This document shows, in pieces, positions 38,025 through 46,416 of a DNA stretch of 64,000 nt. The stretch is from Hydrogenophaga intermedia (GTDB taxonomy: Bacteria > Pseudomonadota > Alphaproteobacteria > Sphingomonadales > Sphingomonadaceae). The position numbers and the translations under genes were made by a program. Each line of letters starts with the position of its first letter. Within the stretch, counting starts at the first letter, position 1. Under the pieces are notes generated by a model that was given only the letters and a program-made list of their open reading frames with translations, ran no database searches and was not told where the DNA came from. Location: contig CALRRI020000027.1 of assembly GCA_943370475.1 (NCBI GenBank), positions 22-64,021 of the forward strand, given 5' to 3'.

Positions 38025-39173
38025 ATGGCACGGCGCATCATGGTGATCTTCGGCACCCGTCCCGAAGCGATCAAGCTGTTCCCGGTGATTGCCGCGCTGA
38101 ACGCGGCCGATGCGCTCGAGCCGATCGTGCTGGTGACCGGGCAGCACCGCGAAATGCTCGACCAGGTGCTCGAGATCGCAGGCCTGGTCCCCGATCACGA
38201 TCTCGCGCTGATGCAGCCCGGGCAGAGCCTCGACGAGATCAGCGCCCGGTTACTGACCGGCATCGGCAGCGTGCTCGACGCCGAAAAGCCCGACATGGTG
38301 ATCGTGCAGGGGGATACTGCCACCGCGATGTGCGGCGCGCTCGCCGCCTATTACCGCAAGATTCCGGTCGCGCATGTCGAGGCGGGGCTGCGCAGTGGCA
38401 ATATCTATCATCCCTGGCCCGAAGAGGTGAACCGCAAGATCATCGGCAGCTTTGCCGATCTGCACTTCGCGCCGACCGAAACCGCTGCCAATGCTCTGCG
38501 CCGCGAGGCAGTGGCGGACGACAAGATCCTGGTCACCGGCAACACCGTGATCGATGCGCTCCACTGGGTCACCGCGCAGTTGGTGGACAATCCCGCGCGC
38601 GCAGCTTTGATGGTACCTGTCGAGGCGCGTTTTGCCGGAAAAAGGATCATCGGCGTCACCACCCACCGGCGCGAGAATTTCGGCAGCGGGATGGACGACA
38701 TTGCCCATGCCATCCGTGATCTGGCTGCACGCGACGATGTCGCGATCATCTTCCCGGTGCACCTCAACCCGCAGGTGCGCGCAGCGATGCTGCCGATTCT
38801 GGGCGGGCTCGATAATGTCGCGCTGCTCGAACCGCTCGATTATCTCAATTTCACCCGCCTGCTGCAGATCGCCGAGCTAATGCTCACCGACAGCGGCGGC
38901 GTGCAGGAAGAGGCGCCGGCGCTGGGCAAGCCGGTGCTGGTGATGCGCGACACCACCGAGCGGCCCGAAGGCGTTGCTGCAGGCACCGCCAAGCTCGTCG
39001 GCACCGACCGCGCGACAATCGTCACTGAGGCGACGCGACTGCTCGATGATATATCCGCCTATGCCGCGATGGCGCAGGCGCACAACCCGTTCGGCGACGG
39101 GAAGAGCTCGGGCCGGATCGCCGATGCCATCGCCCGCTGGTTTGCCACAACCGGATCAATGCAAGCCGATTGA
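38025..39173 (+). CDS. wecB: UDP-N-acetylglucosamine 2-epimerase (non-hydrolysing)
   Basis: 'IMVIFGTRPEAIKL...VQGDTATA...HVEAGLRS...DSGGVQEEAPALGKPVLVMRDTTERPE'. Confidence 0.9.
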   Translation: MARRIMVIFGTRPEAIKLFPVIAALNAADALEPIVLVTGQHREMLDQVLEIAGLVPDHDLALMQPGQSLDEISARLLTGIGSVLDAEKPDMVIVQGDTATAMCGALAAYYRKIPVAHVEAGLRSGNIYHPWPEEVNRKIIGSFADLHFAPTETAANALRREAVADDKILVTGNTVIDALHWVTAQLVDNPARAALMVPVEARFAGKRIIGVTTHRRENFGSGMDDIAHAIRDLAARDDVAIIFPVHLNPQVRAAMLPILGGLDNVALLEPLDYLNFTRLLQIAELMLTDSGGVQEEAPALGKPVLVMRDTTERPEGVAAGTAKLVGTDRATIVTEATRLLDDISAYAAMAQAHNPFGDGKSSGRIADAIARWFATTGSMQAD

Positions 39174-39442
39174 GTTTCTTTTTCATTGCCGATAGTGCGG
39201 ATGGCACGGTTCGCGCCCTCAGACGTAATCCCACCATGAACGCCTGTCTTGTTCCGGAAGACCCTTGCCAATGACCCATCCGTTTTGCTCCACCATCTTC
39301 TGCGAACTGGCCGTGCGCGGCTATGATGGCGGCGAGATGGTCGGCCACTGAGACGGGTCATGGCAGCAGTTGCACAATTTCGCGCCGATCGCGGCACGTC
39401 GGCCATCCACGGCACAGCCTGTAACGGCACACCTGCACTTGC

Positions 39443-40312
39443 ATGGCACCGACAGCTGAGCGAAAAATCCGGATGACGGTGCGTACCCCCACCATCAAGC
39501 TTGCCACCCGCCAGATCGCCAAGCCCTGGGGCCGCAGGGTCCTGCCTGCGCCGTTCAGCAATCAGGGCAGCGATCAGATTGGCGAGATCTGGTTTGAGGC
39601 AGCCAACGGCGATGCCCTGCCGCTGATGATCAAATATCTGTTCACCAGCGAAAAGCTGTCGATCCAGGTGCACCCCAGCGACCACCAGGCAAAAGCGATG
39701 GGACTGGGCAGCGGCAAGGAGGAATGCTGGCTGGTGCTCGATGCCGAGCCTGGCGCCACTCTGGGCATCGGCACACAGCGGTCCTTGTCGGACGAGGACC
39801 TGCGCGCTGCCGCACTCGATGGCAGCATCGAGGCGATGGTCGACTGGAAACCGGTCCAGCGCGGCGACTTCTTCTATATCCCGGCGGGCAGCGTCCACGC
39901 CATCGGTGCGGGCGTGAGCCTGATCGAGGTGCAGCAGAACGCCGATATCACTTACCGGCTTTATGATTATGGCCGCCCGCGCGAACTGCATCTCGACGAA
40001 GGCGTCGCGGTGTCGAAGGCCGCACCCTATGACGACCGCCTGCATCGCAAGGTGGACTTTGCCGTCAACCAGACGCTGACCGACGGGCCGCATTTCCGGC
40101 TGGTGCTGACCGGCGGCGGTCCCATCGACCTGCCCGGACACGGCCCGGTGATGATCGTGCCGATCGAAGGCAGCGTCGAGGTTGCTGGCGATGACGGAAT
40201 GGTCACCGCAGAGGCCGGCGAATGCCTGGCGGTTACTCCCGATACCATCATCCACACAAGCCCCGGCGCGCGCCTGCTCGCAGCGCGGGCGTGCAGGGCA
40301 GAGGCCGCATGA
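39443..40312 (+). CDS. class I mannose-6-phosphate isomerase (short, cupin type)
   Basis: 'KPWG...GEIWFE...KYLFTSEKLSIQVHP...ECWLVL...GDFFYIPAGSVHAIG'. The start is either ATG at 39443 or ATG at 39473. Confidence 0.8.
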   Translation: MAPTAERKIRMTVRTPTIKLATRQIAKPWGRRVLPAPFSNQGSDQIGEIWFEAANGDALPLMIKYLFTSEKLSIQVHPSDHQAKAMGLGSGKEECWLVLDAEPGATLGIGTQRSLSDEDLRAAALDGSIEAMVDWKPVQRGDFFYIPAGSVHAIGAGVSLIEVQQNADITYRLYDYGRPRELHLDEGVAVSKAAPYDDRLHRKVDFAVNQTLTDGPHFRLVLTGGGPIDLPGHGPVMIVPIEGSVEVAGDDGMVTAEAGECLAVTPDTIIHTSPGARLLAARACRAEAA

Positions 40313-41373
40313 CCCAGATTACCCCCGTCATCCTTTCGGGCGGATCGGGCACGCGGCTGTGGCCGCTGTCGACCGATGCCAGCCCCAAGCAGTTCCTGGC
40401 GCTGGCCTCCCCGGCGACGATGTTTGCCGATACGCTCGCGCGCACCGCCGATACCGCGCGGTTCGGGCAAGCGCTGATCATCGGCGCAGAACGGCACGCC
40501 GCGCTGATGGAAGCGGAACTGGCCAAGCCCGGCTTTGAAGACGCGCGCATCATCCTCGAGCCCAGCGCGCGCAACACCGCGCCGGCGATCGCGCTCGCTG
40601 CGCTGGCGGCAGGCGGCGGCGACACGGTGATGCTGGTGATGCCCAGCGACCATGTCATTCTTGACCTGCCCGCGTTCCTCGCCGCGGTCGATACCGCGCT
40701 GCCCGCTGCCCAGGCCGGATGGCTGGTCACCTTCGGGATCACGCCGACAGGGCCCGAAACCGGCTTTGGCTATATCCGCATGGGCGAGGGACTGTCCGAG
40801 ACCCCTGGGGTCCGCAAGGTCGAGCGGTTCATCGAAAAGCCCCCGCGCGACAAGGCCGAAGCGATGCTGGCCGAGGGCAGCCATGCCTGGAATGCCGGCA
40901 TCTTCCTGATGCGCGCCGACCGCTATCTGGCCGAACTGGCATCGCACGCGCCCGAGATGGACCGCGCCGCGCGGGCATCGCTCGAGGGCGCCGATCTGTC
41001 TGCCCGGCATATCCGCCCGGATGCAGAACAATTTGCCGCCTGCCCGTCCGATTCCATCGACTATGCGGTGATGGAACGCGCGCAGCGGGTCGCGATCGTG
41101 CCCGTGGCCTGTGGCTGGTCCGATGTCGGCAGCTGGGATGCGCTGGCCGAGATCGGCAGCCCCGATGCCGATGGCAATACGCTATCGGGCCAGGTCGTGC
41201 TGCTCGACAGCCGCAACAGCCATGTCCATGCCGACGGAATCACCGTGACCGCATCGGGCATCGAGGACCTTATCATCGTCGCCAACGGCAGCCATGTGAT
41301 GATCCTGCCCAAGGGCCGGTCGCAGGATGTGAAGAAGATCGTGGCTGCGCTGCAGGCGGGCGACAAGGCCTAG
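40309..41373 (+). CDS. manC: mannose-1-phosphate guanylyltransferase (no C-terminal PMI domain)
   Basis: 'PVILSGGSGTRLWPLS...' nucleotidyltransferase fold. The ATG overlaps the PMI stop (ATGA). Confidence 0.9.
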   Translation: MTQITPVILSGGSGTRLWPLSTDASPKQFLALASPATMFADTLARTADTARFGQALIIGAERHAALMEAELAKPGFEDARIILEPSARNTAPAIALAALAAGGGDTVMLVMPSDHVILDLPAFLAAVDTALPAAQAGWLVTFGITPTGPETGFGYIRMGEGLSETPGVRKVERFIEKPPRDKAEAMLAEGSHAWNAGIFLMRADRYLAELASHAPEMDRAARASLEGADLSARHIRPDAEQFAACPSDSIDYAVMERAQRVAIVPVACGWSDVGSWDALAEIGSPDADGNTLSGQVVLLDSRNSHVHADGITVTASGIEDLIIVANGSHVMILPKGRSQDVKKIVAALQAGDKA

Positions 41374-42461
41374 AGCCAGCCCGCGCGGCGCAGTACCGGC
41401 TGCATCGCGCGGCTGACCTGGGCGGTCCGACCACCGGCCAGCGCCAGCTCCATCCGGCCCGACTGCACGGATGCCGCCACCACCGCCGCGCGCGCCACCC
41501 ACCAGCTGCGGTGGACCCGCGCCCCGGTGGCGTCGTCGAGGAGAGCGCACGCATCCGTCATCCGCATCAGGATGAGGTCGCTCCCCAGATCGGTGTGCAC
41601 GCGCAGATAATGATCCTCCGCCTCGATCGCCAGCAAGCGCCCCCCGCGCAGCCGGTGCGGCAGCTTGTCGGCCAACAGGGCGGGGAGTGCAGACAGCGCC
41701 GGGGCGGGGTCCGCACCGGGCGAGGGCATGGCGGGCGCTGTTGCGACCGCTGGCTGCACCATCGGCTCTGGGGCATCGACAGGTAGGGGCAACGCCCGAG
41801 CCTCCCGCACGGGCTCTGGACCTGGTGCAGGCCCCGTCTCCGGGATGAGCTCTGGCCCCAAGGCGGCCGCAGGCCGGGGATGGGCGAGATAGTTGATCAC
41901 CGTCATCACCAGCGCGATCAGCAACACCGCCAGCCAGAACTGCAACACCACCATCGGCGTGATCATGCCGATGCCGAAGAACATCGCGCTGACCACGATG
42001 ACCACGAAGCTGTGCGGCACCGACATCAGCAGCGCCACCGCCAACAGCTCCAGCCACACATGCGCGGAAAACACTCCCCAATGGCGCACCAGCACCAGAG
42101 CGCCAGAGCCGAGCAGCGAGCCCGGCACGATCACCGCCGCCCAATAGGCAAGCCGCTGGACGAACGGTGCGTCCTGCGTGCCCAGCGCGCCGAGATAGGC
42201 CAGCACGACCGCGGCCAGAACGGCGATCACCAGCCCGCGAACTGCCTGCGATGACAGCGAAAACGCATTTCGCGAAGCGTGAACGGCAGGGGACGGCAAC
42301 TCACGCATGGGGGCAGGCAACTCGCGTATCCGGGCAAGACAGCGCGGGTCTAGCCGGGTCATTGTGAACTGGTCAATGGCGGCGCACCCGCCATCACCCA
42401 GCAGGAGAGCAGACCCCATGAAAACCCTTTTCGCCATCGCCGCCCTTTCCCTCGCCAGCAT
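41370..42461 (-). CDS. membrane-anchored LytTR DNA-binding domain protein
   Basis: N-terminal half with about 4 TM helices, a Pro/Ala-rich linker, and C-terminal 'LLAIEAEDHYLRVHTDLGSDLILMRMTDA...RVHRSWWV' (LytTR). The start codon is uncertain. The stop overlaps the manC stop (CTAG). Confidence 0.8.
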   Translation of the reverse strand: MLARERAAMAKRVFMGSALLLGDGGCAAIDQFTMTRLDPRCLARIRELPAPMRELPSPAVHASRNAFSLSSQAVRGLVIAVLAAVVLAYLGALGTQDAPFVQRLAYWAAVIVPGSLLGSGALVLVRHWGVFSAHVWLELLAVALLMSVPHSFVVIVVSAMFFGIGMITPMVVLQFWLAVLLIALVMTVINYLAHPRPAAALGPELIPETGPAPGPEPVREARALPLPVDAPEPMVQPAVATAPAMPSPGADPAPALSALPALLADKLPHRLRGGRLLAIEAEDHYLRVHTDLGSDLILMRMTDACALLDDATGARVHRSWWVARAAVVAASVQSGRMELALAGGRTAQVSRAMQPVLRRAGWL

Positions 42462-42876
42462 CGCTTCGGCGCAGGGCCCCGCCCAGACTCAGGCTCCCTC
42501 GGCAACGGTCGGCACCGCCAGCCTGACCGTGCGCTTCGAGCAGCTGGTCGCACCGTCGGGCCAGATCATGATGAGCCTGTTCGACAGCGAAGCCGCGCAT
42601 GATGCCGGCGGCAAGCCCATCCGCGCCGACATGGTCAAGGTGGAAGGGACCAGCGCCACGATCACCTTCACCGGCCTTGCCCCTGGCCGCTATGCGATCA
42701 AGACGTTCCACGATGTCGATGGCAACGGCCAGATGAAGACCAACCCGTTCGGCATGCCGCTGGAGCCCTTTGCGTTTTCCAATGGCGCCAAGCCGCAGGG
42801 TGGCCCGGCGCTGTGGCAGGCGGCCAGCTTCGATGTGCCCGCAGGCGCCAGCGAAACCCGGATCAGCTTCCAGTGA
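42418..42876 (+). CDS. DUF2141-like secreted protein
   Basis: Signal peptide 'MKTLFAIAALSLASIASAQG'. 'HDVDGNGQMKTNPFGMPLEPFAFSNG' is the motif I associate with DUF2141. Confidence 0.8.
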   Translation: MKTLFAIAALSLASIASAQGPAQTQAPSATVGTASLTVRFEQLVAPSGQIMMSLFDSEAAHDAGGKPIRADMVKVEGTSATITFTGLAPGRYAIKTFHDVDGNGQMKTNPFGMPLEPFAFSNGAKPQGGPALWQAASFDVPAGASETRISFQ

Positions 42877-44348
42877 GCGCCGCCAGCCTGAACCGCCGCG
42901 ATCTTCTGCTGCACGGCACACTGGCCACCGCAGGCGCGCTGGTCCCCGGCTGGGCAAGCGCGGCGATGGCGGCGAGCCCGTCCGCTGCGCCCCTGGCCCC
43001 GACGCCTGCCGCCATGCCCGACTGGACGCTGGGCGTCGGCGACGTGCTGGACGACATCGCGCCGCAATCGCTCGTGCGCTTGCAAGGCCGCGCCCCGTCG
43101 CTGACCGGTACGCTGTATCGCAATGGCCCGGCGCGCTTCCGCCGCGGGGCAAGCGCTTCGGGGCACTGGTTCGACGGCGACGGCCTGGTGCGCGCCTGGC
43201 GTGTCCAGGGCGACAAGGCCAGCCTGGCCGCGCGCTTTGTCGACACGCCCAAGCGGCGGCTTGAAGAAAAGCTGGGGCGGATCGTCCAGCCGGGTTTCGG
43301 CACGCCAGCAGGGCCAGGCGCTGTCGTCGGCGGGCCGGATGATACCAACCCCGCCAACACCCATGTCATCGCCGCCGGAGGCCGCCTGCTGGCGCTGTGG
43401 GAGGCGGGCTCTGCCACCGCGCTCGATCCGCAGACGCTGGCGACGCAGGGCGTGGTCACTTTCCGCGACGACCTGGTGCAGATGCCGTTCCTGGCGCACC
43501 CGCGCATCGAGCCATCGGGGCAGATCTGGAACATCGGCTCGGGCGGCAAGAGTGCCTATATCTGGCGGCTGTCGGCGGATGGCAGGTTCGAGGCCGGGCA
43601 GACCATCCCCTTGCCGATGGCGAGCTATATGCACGATTTCACCGCGACCGACCGTCATCTGGTGATCCTGTGCCAGCCCTGGGTGTCGGATCAGATACGG
43701 TTGCCGTTTTCGCAGAGCATGAGCTGGCGGCCCGAGCGCGGATCAAGGGTGCTGGTGATCGACAAGGACGACCTGTCGCGCCGCCGCGAGTACGAGCTGC
43801 CACCGCTGTTCTTCTTCCACCTGGGCGACGCCTGGGAGGAAGCCGATGGCACCATCCGCTTCGATGGCTGCTTCCACAAGGACCCGACCTTCGCGGTGCT
43901 GGGGGCGCCGGGCCTCGTCGAGGGGCGGCACGAGCATTCCGAAAGGCCGCTGCTTCAGCTGGTCAGCCTGCATCCCGATGGTCGTGCCGACATCAAGCCT
44001 GCGGGAATCACCGCCGAGTTCCTGCGCAATTCACCCGAAACCGCAGGCCTGCCTCGCCACCAGACGATCCATGTCGGCGGCTATCGCGACGATCGTCCGT
44101 TCGCCCGCAGCGTCGGGATCTGGGACTGGCGTTCGGGCCGCAATGACAGCTTCGATTTCGGTGCGCGCCAGCTGGTCGAGGAATTCGTCCCCGCCGGGCG
44201 CTATCTGATCGGCACCACGCTCAACCTGGATGCCCGCGCCACCGAACTGCATGTGCTCGATTCGCGCCGCATTGCCGATGGCCCGGTGGTCAGCTGGCGC
44301 AGCAGCATAGCGCTGCCGCTCAGCTTCCACGGCAGCTGGGTCACCTGA
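42873..44348 (+). CDS. carotenoid-cleavage (RPE65/CCO) family dioxygenase with a twin-arginine signal
   Basis: The GTG start overlaps the DUF2141 stop. Tat motif 'NRRDLLL'. Four iron-ligand His contexts are present: 'ANTHVI', 'MHDFTAT', 'FFFHLGDAWEE' and 'SFHGSW'. Confidence 0.85.
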   Translation: MSAASLNRRDLLLHGTLATAGALVPGWASAAMAASPSAAPLAPTPAAMPDWTLGVGDVLDDIAPQSLVRLQGRAPSLTGTLYRNGPARFRRGASASGHWFDGDGLVRAWRVQGDKASLAARFVDTPKRRLEEKLGRIVQPGFGTPAGPGAVVGGPDDTNPANTHVIAAGGRLLALWEAGSATALDPQTLATQGVVTFRDDLVQMPFLAHPRIEPSGQIWNIGSGGKSAYIWRLSADGRFEAGQTIPLPMASYMHDFTATDRHLVILCQPWVSDQIRLPFSQSMSWRPERGSRVLVIDKDDLSRRREYELPPLFFFHLGDAWEEADGTIRFDGCFHKDPTFAVLGAPGLVEGRHEHSERPLLQLVSLHPDGRADIKPAGITAEFLRNSPETAGLPRHQTIHVGGYRDDRPFARSVGIWDWRSGRNDSFDFGARQLVEEFVPAGRYLIGTTLNLDARATELHVLDSRRIADGPVVSWRSSIALPLSFHGSWVT

Positions 44349-44357
44349 AACAGCAGC

Positions 44358-44393
44358 GCACCGATCCGGTCCTTTCACGGTCCGGATCGGTGC
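44358..44393. terminator. strong hairpin between convergent genes
   Basis: A 12-bp perfect stem GCACCGATCCGG / CCGGATCGGTGC with a 12-nt loop. It lies between the oxygenase stop (44348) and the MCP stop (44403). The U-tracts are weak. Confidence 0.5.
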
Positions 44394-44402
44394 GGCTGTG
44401 TG

Positions 44403-46247
44403 TCAGAATTCGCTCCAGTCGTCCTCGTCAGCCTGCGAGCTGAGCGCGAGGTTGCCGACGACCCTGGGGGCAGCAGGCCGCGCCTTGGCCACAGGCCGGG
44501 TGGCGCGCGATGGCGCTGCCGAGCGGCTGATGTGCGCCTGGCCCGACTTGAGCCGGAAGCGACCCACCAGCGATGCCAGTTCGTCGGCCTCCGATGCCAG
44601 GGTGCGGGCGGCAGCGGTGGTCTGTTCGACCATCGCGGCGTTCTGCTGGGTCATCTTGTCCATGTCGTTGACCGAGCTGTTGACGCTGCGCAGGTTGGCA
44701 GACTGGGTTTCGGCCCCGTCGGCAATCTCTGCGACCAGCGTGCTCACATCGCCGATCCGGCCCATGATGCGGTCGAACATCTTGCCGGTTTCGGCCACCA
44801 GGCCCACACCTTCCTGCACCTGTTCGGACGAGGCGTTGATCAGTGCCTTGATGTCCTTGGCCGCATCGGCGGACCGCTGCGCCAGGCTGCGGACCTCGTT
44901 GGCCACCACGGCAAAGCCCTTGCCCGATTCCCCGGCGCGAGCCGCCTCGACGCCCGCGTTCAGCGCCAGCAGGTTGGTCTGGAAGGCAATGGCATCGATG
45001 ACGTTGATGATCTGGCTGATTTCCTGCGAGCTCTTTTCGATCGCATCCATCGCCTTGACCGCCATGTCGACGACCCGGCCGCCCTCGTTGGCATCCTTGT
45101 GGACGGTATCGATCTCGCCGCGCGCGTTCTTGGCGCTGGCAGCCGATTCCCCGACCATGCCGGTGACCTTGTTCATCGCGGTCGATGCGCCTTCCAGGCT
45201 TGCCGCCTGGGCTTCGGTGCGGTTCGACAGGTCTTCGGACGCTGCGCGGATTTCCGACGAGCCATTGTGCACGCTCTGGGCAGAGCTCGACACGCTCGAC
45301 AGGCTGGACTCCAGGCCTTCCACCGTGCGGTTGAAGGTGAGGCGCAGGGCATCATATTCGGCTGCGAAGGGCTCGGTGATCGAATAGGTCATGTCGCCCG
45401 AAGCCAGTGCTTCCAGCCCCTTGCCGAGTGCCGAGACGACATTGGCCTGGTTCTGGTCGGAGCGCGCCTTGGCAACGGCCGCGTCACGGAACACGGTGAC
45501 CGCGCGCGCCATGTCGCCCAATTCATCCGCGCGCTCGATATTGACATCGACATCGTTCTTGCCGGCCGCCAGGCTTGCCATGGCGTCGGTCAGGCGGGTG
45601 ATCGGCAAGGCGATGCTGCGGCTCAGCGCCATGGCGAGCGCGATGGCGATGCCGATCAGCGCGATACCGCCGACAACCAGCGCGATGACCGCCGAGGTCA
45701 GCGCCGAATCCTGCCGGGCCGAGTTGCGCTCGATCGCGGCAAGTTCATGATCGCGAATGTCGCGAAGAGGCAGCACGGCCTTGCTGACCAGAACCGCCTT
45801 GCCCGCATCGCGCACTGCGACCACTGCATCTTCCCGGCGACCCCTCTGGGTCCAGCCGATCAGCTTGTCGCCCCAGTTCTTGCGCCAGGCCAGGGTCTCC
45901 TGGCGCGATTCTGCGAGCAGCGCCTTGTGCTTGGCGTTGTTCAGCAGCGTGTTCAGCTCGCTCGCGGCGGTATCATATTCGTCGCGGCCCTCGTAATAGG
46001 ACTTCAGGTAGCTGTCGTCACCGGTGACCAGATAGCCGCGGAACTGGCTGTTCTGGCGCAGCAGCGACGTTTCCAGCGTCTGCACCTTGCCGTAGATCAG
46101 CTGCGAGTGGTTGTTCTCGTCCGTCGATGACTGGATCATCCACAGATTGACCGCAAACACGATCATCATCAGCGCTGCCGAGCTGCAGATGAGCAAGAAG
46201 GACAGGCTGAGCTTCCTTGGAATGTTCAATTTGGTCAGCATGATCAA
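44403..46247 (-). CDS. methyl-accepting chemotaxis protein (CHASE3-like sensor, HAMP, MA domain)
   Basis: The highly conserved signalling hairpin 'IAFQTNLLALNAGVEAARAGESGKGFAVVANEVRSLAQRS' is present. There are two TM segments flanking a periplasmic helical sensor. Confidence 0.9.
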   Translation of the reverse strand: MIMLTKLNIPRKLSLSFLLICSSAALMMIVFAVNLWMIQSSTDENNHSQLIYGKVQTLETSLLRQNSQFRGYLVTGDDSYLKSYYEGRDEYDTAASELNTLLNNAKHKALLAESRQETLAWRKNWGDKLIGWTQRGRREDAVVAVRDAGKAVLVSKAVLPLRDIRDHELAAIERNSARQDSALTSAVIALVVGGIALIGIAIALAMALSRSIALPITRLTDAMASLAAGKNDVDVNIERADELGDMARAVTVFRDAAVAKARSDQNQANVVSALGKGLEALASGDMTYSITEPFAAEYDALRLTFNRTVEGLESSLSSVSSSAQSVHNGSSEIRAASEDLSNRTEAQAASLEGASTAMNKVTGMVGESAASAKNARGEIDTVHKDANEGGRVVDMAVKAMDAIEKSSQEISQIINVIDAIAFQTNLLALNAGVEAARAGESGKGFAVVANEVRSLAQRSADAAKDIKALINASSEQVQEGVGLVAETGKMFDRIMGRIGDVSTLVAEIADGAETQSANLRSVNSSVNDMDKMTQQNAAMVEQTTAAARTLASEADELASLVGRFRLKSGQAHISRSAAPSRATRPVAKARPAAPRVVGNLALSSQADEDDWSEF

Positions 46248-46416
46248 CCCTTTGTGACTTTGACTTGTTGGTTGCTACCCGAGAGTGGGAAAGAGACGGA
46301 GCCAGATACAGGCGCTGTCGGGCGCCCCATTTCGACCGTGCGGGAGCATCGCCTGCCCGCAAGGCGAACCAGCCTTCGGCGACGGCGCGCCGGCAGGCCT
46401 TGCGGACAGGTGCGCA

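Noticed and set aside
39271-39351. A 26-codon ORF (MTHPFCSTIFCELAVRGYDGGEMVGH) in the lower-GC gap between wecB and the PMI gene.
   Set aside because: It has no Shine-Dalgarno sequence and no recognisable family, and it is too short to separate from chance. I kept it only as a note about the unexplained gap.
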